Below are positions 40,701 to 54,000 of a DNA stretch of 64,000 nucleotides, piece by piece. The notes beneath the pieces are model-generated. The model had not been told where the DNA came from and did no database searches. It worked only from the letters and a program-made list of their open reading frames with translations. Numbering within the stretch: position 1 is the first letter of the stretch; each line of letters opens with the position of its first letter. A program made the translations under genes and the position numbers. This stretch comes from Auanema rhodensis. Its lineage: Eukaryota; Animalia; Nematoda. The stretch is from assembly GCA_964057225.1 (NCBI GenBank), contig CAXKVF010000095.1:59001-123000 (forward strand). Direction: 5' to 3'.

Positions 40701-43700
40701 ATTTCAAAGTCATGGTTACCATGAACCAATATCAATAAAATTTTGTTTTTAGACTAATATGGACATGGGGAATCTAATTTTGAAAACCGCATCTCTTTAT
40801 CTTTCACGTGAAGCGAGTTACATACCAAGTGCACATCACGTGTACATTTAATTAGCATAAATTAAAGTTCACGTAAATTTCAAAGTCATGGTTACCATGA
40901 ACCAATATCAATAAAAATTTGTTTTTAGACTAATATGGACATGGGGAATCTAATTTTGAAAACCGCATTTCTTTATCTTTCACGTGAAGCGAGTTACATA
41001 CCAAGTGCACATCACGTGTACATTTAATTAGCATAAATTAAAGTTCACGTAAATTTCAAAGTCATGGTTACCATGAACCAATATCAATAAAAATTTGTTT
41101 TTAGACTAATATGGACATGGGGAATCTAATTTTGAAAACCGCATTTCTTTATCTTTCACGTGAAGCGAGTTACATACCAAGTGCACATCACGTGTACATT
41201 TAATTAGCATAAATTAAAGTTCACGTAAATTTCAAAGTCATGGTTACCATGCACCAATATCAATAAAAATTTGTTTTTAGACTAATATGGACATGGGGAA
41301 TCTAATTTTGAAAACCGCATCTCTTTATCTTTCACGTGAAGCGAGTTACATACCAAGTGCACATCACGTGTACATTTAATTAGCATAAATTAAAGTTCAC
41401 GTAAATTTCAAAGTCATGGTTACCATGAACCAATATCAATAAAAATTTGTTTTTAGACTAATATGGACATGGGGAATCTAATTTTGAAAACCGCATCTCT
41501 TTATCTTTCACGTGAAGCGAGTTACATACCAAGTGCACATCACGTGTACATTTAATTAGCATAAATTAAAGTTCACGTAAATTTCAAAGTCATGGTTACC
41601 ATGAACCAATATCAATAAAAATTTGTTTTTAGACTAATATGGACATGGGGAATCTAATTTTGAAAACCGCATTTCTTTATCTTTCACGTGAAGCGAGTTA
41701 CATACCAAGTGCACATCACGTGTACATTTAATTAGCATAAATTAAAGTTCACGTAAATTTCAAAGTCATGGTTACCATGCACCAATATCAATAAAAATTT
41801 GTTTTTAGACTAATATGGACATGGGGAATCTAATTTTGAAAACCGCATCTCTTTATCTTTCACGTGAAGCGAGTTACATACCAAGTGCACATCACGTGTA
41901 CATTTAATTAGCATAAATTAAAGTTCACGTAAATTTCAAAGTCATGGTTACCATGAACCAATATCAATAAAAATTTGTTTTTAGACTAATATGGACATGG
42001 GGAATCTAATTTTGAAAACCGCATCTCTTTATCTTTCACGTGAAGCGAGTTACATACCAAGTGCACATCACGTGTACATTTAATTAGCATAAATTAAAGT
42101 TCACGTAAATTTCAAAGTCATGGTTACCATGAACCAATATCAATAAAAATTGGTTTTTTGACTAATATGGACATGGGGAATCTAAATTTGAAAACCGCAT
42201 TTCTTTATCTTTCACGTGAAGCGAGTTACATACCAAGTGCACATCACATGTACATTTAATTAGCATAAATTAAAGTTCACGTAATTTTCAAAGTCATGGT
42301 TACCATGCACCAATATCAATAAAAATTTGTTTTTAGACTAATATGGACATGGGGAATCTAATTTTGAAAACCGCATCTCTTTATCTTTCACGTGAAGCGA
42401 GTTACATACCAAGTGCACATCACGTGTACATTTAATTAGCATAAATTAAAGTTCACGTAAATTTCAAAGTCATGGTTACCATGAACCAATATCAATAAAA
42501 ATTTGTTTTTAGACTAATATGGACATGGGGAATCTAATTTTGAAAACCGCATCTCTTTATCTTTCACGTGAAGCGAGTTACATACCAAGTGCACATCACG
42601 TGTACATTTAATTAGCATAAATTAAAGTTCACGTAAATTTCAAAGTCATGGTTACCATGAACCAATATCAATAATAATTTGTTTTTAGACTAATATGGAC
42701 ATGGGGAATCTAATTTTGAAAACCGCATCTCTTTATCTTTCACGTGAAGCGAGTTACATACCAAGTGCACATCACGTGTACATTTAATTAGCATAAATTA
42801 AAGTTCACGTAAACTTCAAAGTCATGGTTACCATGAAGCAATATCAATAAAAATTTGTTTTTAGACTAATATGGACATGGGGAATCTAATTTTGAAAACC
42901 GCATTTCTTTATCTTTCACGTGAAGCGAGTTACATACCAAGTGCACATCACGTGTACATTTAATTAGCATAAATTAAAGTTCACGTAAATTTCAAAGTCA
43001 TGGTTACCATGCACCAATATCAATAAAAATTTGTTTTTAGACTAATATGGACATGGGGAATCTAATTTTGAAAACCGCATCTCTTTATCTTTCACGTGAA
43101 GCGAGTTACATACCAAGTGCACATCACGTGTACATTTAATTAGCATAAATTAAAGTTCACGTAAATTTCAAAGTCATGGTTACCATGAACCAATATCAAT
43201 AAAAATTTGTTTTTAGACTAATATGGACATGGGGAATCTAATTTTGAAAACCGCATCTCTTTATCTTTCACGTGAAGCGAGTTACATACCAAGTGCACAT
43301 CACGTGTACATTTAATTAGCATAAATTAAAGTTCACGTAAACTTCAAAGTCATGGTTACCATGAAGCAATATCAATAAAAATTTGTTTTTAGACTAATAT
43401 GGACATGGGGAATCTAATTTTGAAAACCGCATCTCTTTATCTTTCACGTGAAGCGAGTTACATACCAAGTGCACATCACGTGTACATTTAATTAGCATAA
43501 ATTAAAGTTCACGTAAACTTCAAAGTCATGGTTACCATGAAGCAATATCAATAAAAATTTGTTTTTAGACTAATATGGACATGGGGAATCTAATTTTGAA
43601 AACCGCATCTCTTTATCTTTCACGTGAAGCGAGTTACATACCAAGTGCACATCACGTGTACATTTAATTAGCATAAATTAAAGTTCACGTAAACTTCAAA

Positions 43701-45597
43701 GTCATGGTTACCATGAAGCAATATCAATAAAAATTTGTTTTTAGACTAATATGGACATGGGGAATCTAATTTTGAAAACCGCATCTCTTTATCTTTCACG
43801 TGAAGCGAGTTACATACCAAGTGCACATCACGTGTACATTTAATTAGCATAAATTAAAGTTCACGTAAATTTCAAAGTCATGGTTACCATGAACCAATAT
43901 CAATAAAAATTTGTTTTTAGACTAATATGGACATGGGGAATCTAATTTTGAAAACCGCATCTCTTTATCTTTCACGTGAAGCGAGTTACATACCAAGTGC
44001 ACATCACGTGTACATTTAATTAGCATAAATTAAAGTTCACGTAAACTTCAAAGTCATGGTTACCATGAAGCAATATCAATAAAAATTTGTTTTTAGACTA
44101 ATATGGACATGGGGAATCTAATTTTGAAAACCGCATCTCTTTATCTTTCACGTGAAGCGAGTTACATACCAAGTGCACATCACGTGTACATTTAATTAGC
44201 ATAAATTAAAGTTCACGTAAATTTCAAAGTCATGGTTACCATGAAGCAATATCAATAAAAATTTGTTTTTAGACTAATATGGACATGGGGAATCTAATTT
44301 TGAAAACCGCATCTCTTTATCTTTCACGTGAAGCGAGTTACATACCAAGTGCACATCACGTGTACATTTAATTAGCATAAATTAAAGTTCACGTAAATTT
44401 CAAAGTCATGGTTACCATGAACCAATATCAATAAAAATTTGTTTTTAGACTAATATGGACATGGGGAATCTAATTTTGAAAACCGCATCTCTTTATCTTT
44501 CACGTGAAGCGAGTTACATACCAAGTGCACATCACGTGTACATTTAATTAGCATAAATTAAAGTTCACGTAAATTTCAAAGTCATGGTTACCATGCACCA
44601 ATATCAATAAAAATTTGTTTTTAGACTAATATGGACATGGGGAATCTAATTTTGAAAACCGCATTTCTTTATCTTTCACGTGAAGCGAGTTACATACCAA
44701 GTGCACATCACATGTACATTTAATTAGCATAAATTAAAGTTCACGTAATTTTCAAAGTCATGGTTACCATGCACCAATATCAATAAAAATTTGTTTTTAG
44801 ACTAATATGGACATGGGGAATCTAATTTTGAAAACCGCATCTCTTTATCTTTCACGTGAAGCGAGTTACATACCAAGTGCACATCACGTGTACATTTAAT
44901 TAGCATAAATTAAAGTTCACGTAAATTTCAAAGTCATGGTTACCATGAACCAATATCAATAAAAATTTGTTTTTAGACTAATATGGACATGGGGAATCTA
45001 ATTTTGAAAACCGCATCTCTTTATCTTTCACGTGAAGCGAGTTACATACCAAGTGCACATCACGTGTACATTTAATTAGCATAAATTAAAGTTCACGTAA
45101 ATTTCAAAGTCATGGTTACCATGAACCAATATCAATAATAATTTGTTTTTAGACTAATATGGACATGGGGAATCTAATTTTGAAAACCGCATCTCTTTAT
45201 CTTTCACGTGAAGCGAGTTACATACCAAGTGCACATCACGTGTACATTTAATTAGCATAAATTAAAGTTCACGTAAATTTCAAAGTCATGGTTACCATGA
45301 ACCAATATCAATAAAAATTTGTTTTTAGACTAATATGGACATGGGGAATCTAATTTTGAAAACCGCATTTCTTTATCTTTCACGTGAAGCGAGTTACATA
45401 CCAAGTGCACATCACGTGTACATTTAATTAGCATAAATTAAAGTTCACGTAAATTTCAAAGTCATGGTTACCATGCACCAATATCAATAAAAATTTGTTT
45501 TTAGACTAATATGGACATGGGGAATCTAATTTTGAAAACCGCATCTCTTTATCTTTCACGTGAAGCGAGTTACATACCAAGTGCACATCACGTGTAC

Positions 45598-46653
45598 ATT
45601 TAATTAGCATAAATTAAAGTTCACGTAAATTTCAAAGTCATGGTTACCATGAACCAATATCAATAAAAATTTGTTTTTAGACTAATATGGACATGGGGAA
45701 TCTAATTTTGAAAACCGCATCTCTTTATCTTTCACGTGAAGCGAGTTACATACCAAGTGCACATCACGTGTACATTTAATTAGCATAAATTAAAGTTCAC
45801 GTAAACTTCAAAGTCATGGTTACCATGAAGCAATATCAATAAAAATTTGTTTTTAGACTAATATGGACATGGGGAATCTAATTTTGAAAACCGCATCTCT
45901 TTATCTTTCACGTGAAGCGAGTTACATACCAAGTGCACATCACGTGTACATTTAATTAGCATAAATTAAAGTTCACGTAAATTTCAAAGTCATGGTTACC
46001 ATGAACCAATATCAATAAAAATTTGTTTTTAGACTAATATGGACATGGGGAATCTAATTTTGAAAACCGCATCTCTTTATCTTTCACGTGAAGCGAGTTA
46101 CATACCAAGTGCACATCACGTGTACATTTAATTAGCATAAATTAAAGTTCACGTAAACTTCAAAGTCATGGTTACCATGAAGCAATATCAATAAAAATTT
46201 GTTTTTAGACTAATATGGACATGGGGAATCTAATTTTGAAAACCGCATCTCTTTATCTTTCACGTGAAGCGAGTTACATACCAAGTGCACATCACGTGTA
46301 CATTTAATTAGCATAAATTAAAGTTCACGTAAATTTCAAAGTCATGGTTACCATGAACCAATATCAATAAAAATTTGTTTTTAGACTAATATGGACATGG
46401 GGAATCTAATTTTGAAAACCGCATCTCTTTATCTTTCACGTGAAGCGAGTTACATACCAAGTGCACATCACGTGTACATTTAATTAGCATAAATTAAAGT
46501 TCACGTAAACTTCAAAGTCATGGTTACCATGAAGCAATATCAATAAAAATTTGTTTTTAGACTAATATGGACATGGGGAATCTAATTTTGAAAACCGCAT
46601 CTCTTTATCTTTCACGTGAAGCGAGTTACATACCAAGTGCACATCACGTGTAC
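45598..46653. repeat. Dimer (352 bp) higher-order repeat, 3 copies
   Basis: Consensus 'gaac' monomers (45598, 45950, 46302) alternate with T33C+'gaag' monomers (45774, 46126, 46478). Confidence 0.82.
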
Positions 46654-49600
46654 ATTTAATTAGCATAAATTAAAGTTCACGTAAATTTCAAAGTCATGGT
46701 TACCATGCACCAATATCAATAAAAATTTGTTTTTAGACTAATATGGACATGGGGAATCTAATTTTGAAAACCGCATTTCTTTATCTTTCACGTGAAGCGA
46801 GTTACATACCAAGTGCACATCACGTGTACATTTAATTAGCATAAATTAAAGTTCACGTAAATTTCAAAGTCATGGTTACCATGCACCAATATCAATAAAA
46901 ATTTGTTTTTAGACTAATATGGACATGGGGAATCTAATTTTGAAAACCGCATCTCTTTATCTTTCACGTGAAGCGAGTTACATACCAAGTGCACATCACG
47001 TGTACATTTAATTAGCATAAATTAAAGTTCACGTAAATTTCAAAGTCATGGTTACCATGAACCAATATCAATAAAAATTTGTTTTTAGACTAATATGGAC
47101 ATGGGGAATCTAATTTTGAAAACCGCATCTCTTTATCTTTCACGTGAAGCGAGTTACATACCAAGTGCACATCACGTGTACATTTAATTAGCATAAATTA
47201 AAGTTCACGTAAAATTCAAAGTCATGGTTACCATGCACCAATATCAATAAAAATTTGTTTTTAGACTAATATGGACATGGGGAATCTAATTTTGAAAACC
47301 GCATCTCTTTATCTTTCACGTGAAGCGAGTTACATACCAAGTGCACATCACGTGTACATTTAATTAGCATAAATTAAAGTTCACGTAAATTTCAAAGTCA
47401 TGGTTACCATGAACCAATATCAATAAAAATTTGTTTTTAGACTAATATGGACATGGGGAATCTAATTTTGAAAACCGCATCTCTTTATCTTTCACGTGAA
47501 GCGAGTTACATACCAAGTGCACATCACGTGTACATTTAATTAGAATAAATTAAAGTTCACGTAAATTTCAAAGTCATGGTTACCATGAACCAATATCAAT
47601 AAAAATTTGTTTTTAGACTAATATGGACATGGGGAATCTAATTTTGAAAACCGCATCTCTTTATCTTTCACGTGAAGCGAGTTACATACCAAGTGCACAT
47701 CACGTGTACATTTAATTAGCATAAATTAAAGTTCACGTAAAATTCAAAGTCATGGTTACCATGCACCAATATCAATAAAAATTTGTTTTTAGACTAATAT
47801 GGACATGGGGAATCTAATTTTGAAAACCGCATCTCTTTATCTTTCACGTGAAGCGAGTTACATACCAAGTGCACATCACGTGTACATTTAATTAGCATAA
47901 ATTAAAGTTCACGTAAATTTCAAAGTCATGGTTACCATGAACCAATATCAATAAAAATTTGTTTTTAGACTAATATGGACATGGGGAATCTAATTTTGAA
48001 AACCGCATCTCTTTATCTTTCACGTGAAGCGAGTTACATACCAAGTGCACATCACGTGTACATTTAATTAGCATAAATTAAAGTTCACGTAAATTTCAAA
48101 GTCATGGTTACCATGAACCAATATCAATAAAAATTTGTTTTTAGACTAATATGGACATGGGGAATCTAATTTTGAAAACCGCATCTCTTTATCTTTCACG
48201 TGAAGCGAGTTACATACCAAGTGCACATCACGTGTACATTTAATTAGCATAAATTAAAGTTCACGTAAATTTCAAAGTCATGGTTACCATGAACCAATAT
48301 CAATAAAAATTTGTTTTTAGACTAATATGGACATGGGGAATCTAATTTTGAAAACCGCATTTCTTTATCTTTCACGTGAAGCGAGTTACATACCAAGTGC
48401 ACATCACGTGTACATTTAATTAGCATAAATTAAAGTTCACGTAAATTTCAAAGTCATGGTTACCATGCACCAATATCAATAAAAATTTGTTTTTAGACTA
48501 ATATGGACATGGGGAATCTAATTTTGAAAACCGCATCTCTTTATCTTTCACGTGAAGCGAGTTACATACCAAGTGCACATCACGTGTACATTTAATTAGC
48601 ATAAATTAAAGTTCACGTAAATTTCAAAGTCATGGTTACCATGAACCAATATCAATAAAAATTTGTTTTTAGACTAATATGGACATGGGAAATCTAATTT
48701 TGAAAACCGCATTTCTTTATCTTTCACGTGAAGCGAGTTACATACCAAGTGCACATCACGTGTACATTTAATTAGCATAAATTAAAGTTCACGTAAATTT
48801 CAAAGTCATGGTTACCATGCACCAATATCAATAAAAATTTGTTTTTAGACTAAAATGGACATGGGGAATCTAATTTTGAAAACCGCATCTCTTTATCTTT
48901 CACGTGAAGCGAGTTACATACCAAGTGCACATCACGTGTACATTTAATTAGCATAAATTAAAGTTCACGTAAACTTCAAAGTCATGGTTACCATGAAGCA
49001 ATATCAATAAAAATTTGTTTTTAGACTAATATGGACATGGGGAATCTAATTTTGAAAACCGCATCTCTTTATCTTTCACGTGAAGCGAGTTACATACCAA
49101 GTGCACATCACGTGTACATTTAATTAGCATAAATTAAAGTTCACGTAAATTTCAAAGTCATGGTTACCATGCACCAATATCAATAAAAATTTGTTTTTAG
49201 ACTAATATGGACATGGGGAATCTAATTTTGAAAACCGCATCTCTTTATCTTTCACGTGAAGCGAGTTACATACCAAGTGCACATCACGTGTACATTTAAT
49301 TAGCATAAATTAAAGTTCACGTAAATTTCAAAGTCATGGTTACCATGAACCAATATCAATAAAAATTTGTTTTTAGACTAATATGGACATGGGGAATCTA
49401 ATTTTGAAAACCGCATTTCTTTATCTTTCACGTGAAGCGAGTTACATACCAAGTGCACATCACGTGTACATTTAATTAGCATAAATTAAAGTTCACGTAA
49501 ATTTCAAAGTCATGGTTACCATGCACCAATATCAATAAAAATTTGTTTTTAGACTAAAATGGACATGGGGAATCTAATTTTGAAAACCGCATCTCTTTAT

Positions 49601-50701
49601 CTTTCACGTGAAGCGAGTTACATACCAAGTGCACATCACGTGTACATTTAATTAGCATAAATAAAAGTTCACGTAAATTTCAAAGTCATGGTTACCATGA
49701 ACCAATATCAATAAAAATTTGTTTTTAGACTAATATGGACATGGGGAATCTAATTTTGAGAACCGCATCTCTTTATCTTTCAAGTGAAGCGAGTTACATA
49801 CCAAGTTCACATCACGTGTACATTTAATTAGCATAAATTAAAGTTCACGTAAATTTCAAAGTCATGGTTACCATGAAGCAATATCAATAAAAATTTGTTT
49901 TTAGACTAATATGGACATGGGGAATCTAATTTTGAAAACCGCATCTCTTTATCTTTCACGTGAAGCGAGTTACATACCAAGTGCACATCACGTGTACATT
50001 TAATTAGCATAAATAAAAGTTCACGTAAATTTCAAAGTCATGGTTACCATGCACCAATATCAATAAAAATTTGTTTTTAGACTAATATGGACATGGGGAA
50101 TCTAATTTTGAAAACCGCATCTCTTTATCTTTCACGTGAAGCGAGTTACATACCAAGTGCACATCACGTGTACATTTAATTAGCATAAATTAAAGTTCAC
50201 GTAAATTTCAAAGTCATGGTTACCATGAACCAATATCAATAAAAATTTGTTTTTAGACTAATATGGACATGGGGAATCTAATTTTGAAAACCGCATCTCT
50301 TTATCTTTCACGTGAAGCGAGTTACATACCAAGTGCACATCACGTGTACATTTAATTAGCATAAATTAAAGTTCACGTAAATTTCAAAGTCATGGTTACC
50401 ATGAACCAATATCAATAAAAATTTGTTTTTAGACTAATATGGACATGGGGAATCTAATTTTGAGAACCGCATCTCTTTATCTTTCACGTGAAGCGAGTTA
50501 CATACCAAGTGCACATCACGTGTACATTTAATTAGCATAAATTTAAGTTCCCGTAAATTTCAAAGTCATGGTTACCATGAACCAATATCAATAAAAATTT
50601 GTTTTTAGACTAATATGGACATGGGGAATCTAATTTTGAAAACCGCATCTCTTTATCTTTCACGTGAAGCGAGTTACATACCAAGTGCACATCACGTGTA
50701 C

Positions 50702-50824
50702 ATTTAATTAGCATAAATAAAAGTTCACGTAAATTTCAAAGACATGGGGAATCTAATTTTGAAAACCGCATCTCTTTATCTTTCACGTGAAGCGAGTTAC
50801 ATACCAAGTGCACATCACGTGTAC
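50702..50824. repeat. 123-bp truncated monomer lacking positions 41-93
   Basis: Reads ...aaatttcaaag|acatggggaatct with the junction at 50741/50742. The next monomer starts at 50825. Confidence 0.96.
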
Positions 50825-51000
50825 ATTTAATTAGCATAAATTAAAGTTCACGTAAATTTCAAAGTCATGGTTACCATGAACCAATATCAATAAAAATTTG
50901 TTTTTAGACTAATATGGACATGGGGAATCTAATTTTGAAAACCGCATCTCTTTATCTTTCACGTGAAGCGAGTTACATACCAAGTGCACATCACGTGTAC

Positions 51001-54000
51001 ATTTAATTAGCATAAATTAAAGTTCACGTAAATTTCAAAGTCATGGTTACCATGAACCAATATCAATAAAAATTTGTTTTTAGACTAATATGGACATGGG
51101 GAATCTAATTTTGAGAACCGCATCTCTTTATCTTTCACGTGAAGCGAGTTACATACCAAGTGCACATCACGTGTACATTTAATTAGCATAAATTTAAGTT
51201 CCCGTAAATTTCAAAGTCATGGTTACCATGAACCAATATCAATAAAAATTTGTTTTTAGACTAATATGGACATGGGGAATCTAATTTTGAAAACCGCATC
51301 TCTTTATCTTTCACGTGAAGCGAGTTACATACCAAGTGCACATCACGTGTACATTTAATTAGCATAAATAAAAGTTCACGTAAATTTCAAAGTCATGGTT
51401 ACCATGAACCAATATCAATAAAAATTTGTTTTTAGACTAATATGGACATGGGGAATCTAATTTTGAGAACCGCATCTCTTTATCTTTCAAGTGAAGCGAG
51501 TTACATACCAAGTTCACATCACGTGTACATTTAATTAGCATAAATTAAAGTTCACGTAAATTTCAAAGTCATGGTTACCATGAAGCAATATCAATAAAAA
51601 TTTGTTTTTAGACTAATATGGACATGGGGAATCTAATTTTGAAAACCGCATCTCTTTATCTTTCACGTGAAGCGAGTTACATACCAAGTGCACATCACGT
51701 GTACATTTAATTAGCATAAATAAAAGTTCACGTAAATTTCAAAGTCATGGTTACCATGCACCAATATCAATAAAAATTTGTTTTTAGACTAATATGGACA
51801 TGGGGAATCTAATTTTGAAAACCGCATCTCTTTATCTTTCACGTGAAGCGAGTTACATACCAAGTGCACATCACGTGTACATTTAATTAGCATAAATTAA
51901 AGTTCACGTAAATTTCAAAGTCATGGTTACCATGAACCAATATCAATAAAAATTTGTTTTTAGACTAATATGGACATGGGGAATCTAATTTTGAAAACCG
52001 CATCTCTTTATCTTTCACGTGAAGCGAGTTACATACCAAGTGCACATCACGTGTACATTTAATTAGCATAAATTAAAGTTCACGTAAATTTCAAAGTCAT
52101 GGTTACCATGAACCAATATCAATAAAAATTTGTTTTTAGACTAATATGGACATGGGGAATCTAATTTTGAAAACCGCATCTCTTTATCTTTCACGTGAAG
52201 CGAGTTACATACCAAGTGCACATCACGTGTACATTTAATTAGCATAAATTAAAGTTCACGTAAATTTCAAAGTCATGGTTACCATGAACCAATATCAATA
52301 AAAATTTGTTTTTAGACTAATATGGACATGGGGAATCTAATTTTGAAAACCGCATTTCTTTATCTTTCACGTGAAGCGAGTTACATACCAAGTGCACATC
52401 ACGTGTACATTTAATTAGCATAAATTAAAGTTCACGTAAATTTCAAAGTCATGGTTACCATGCACCAATATCAATAAAAATTTGTTTTTAGACTAATATG
52501 GACATGGGGAATCTAATTTTGAAAACCGCATCTCTTTATCTTTCACGTGAAGCGAGTTACATACCAAGTGCACATCACGTGTACATTTAATTAGCATAAA
52601 TTAAAGTTCACGTAAATTTCAAAGTCATGGTTACCATGAACCAATATCAATAAAAATTTGTTTTTAGACTAATATGGACATGGGGAATCTAATTTTGAAA
52701 ACCGCATTTCTTTATCTTTCACGTGAAGCGAGTTACATACCAAGTGCACATCACGTGTACATTTAATTAGCATAAATTAAAGTTCACGTAAATTTCAAAG
52801 TCATGGTTACCATGCACCAATATCAATAAAAATTTGTTTTTAGACTAAAATGGACATGGGGAATCTAATTTTGAAAACCGCATCTCTTTATCTTTCACGT
52901 GAAGCGAGTTACATACCAAGTGCACATCACGTGTACATTTAATTAGCATAAATTAAAGTTCACGTAAACTTCAAAGTCATGGTTACCATGAAGCAATATC
53001 AATAAAAATTTGTTTTTAGACTAATATGGACATGGGGAATCTAATTTTGAAAACCGCATTTCTTTATCTTTCACGTGAAGCGAGTTACATACCAAGTGCA
53101 CATCACGTGTACATTTAATTAGCATAAATTAAAGTTCACGTAAATTTCAAAGTCATGGTTACCATGCACCAATATCAATAAAAATTTGTTTTTAGACTAA
53201 AATGGACATGGGGAATCTAATTTTGAAAACCGCATCTCTTTATCTTTCACGTGAAGCGAGTTACATACCAAGTGCACATCACGTGTACATTTAATTAGCA
53301 TAAATTAAAGTTCACGTAAACTTCAAAGTCATGGTTACCATGAAGCAATATCAATAAAAATTTGTTTTTAGACTAATATGGACATGGGGAATCTAATTTT
53401 GAAAACCGCATCTCTTTATCTTTCACGTGAAGCGAGTTACATACCAAGTGCACATCACGTGTACATTTAATTAGCATAAATTAAAGTTCACGTAAATTTC
53501 AAAGTCATGGTTACCATGAACCAATATCAATAAAAATTTGTTTTTAGACTAATATGGACATGGGGAATCTAATTTTGAAAACTGCATCTCTTTATCTTTC
53601 ACGTGAAGCGAGTTACATACCAAGTGCACATCACGTGTACATTTAATTAGCATAAATTAAAGTTCACGTAAATTTCAAAGTCATGGTTACCATGAACCAA
53701 TATCAATAAAAATTTGTTTTTAGACTAATATGGACATGGGGAATCTAATTTTGAGAACCGCATCTCTTTATCTTTCACGTGAAGCGAGTTACATACCAAG
53801 TGCACATCACGTGTACATTTAATTAGCATAAATTTAAGTTCCCGTAAATTTCAAAGTCATGGTTACCATGAACCAATATCAATAAAAATTTGTTTTTAGA
53901 CTAATATGGACATGGGGAATCTAATTTTGAAAACCGCATCTCTTTATCTTTCACGTGAAGCGAGTTACATACCAAGTGCACATCACGTGTACATTTAATT

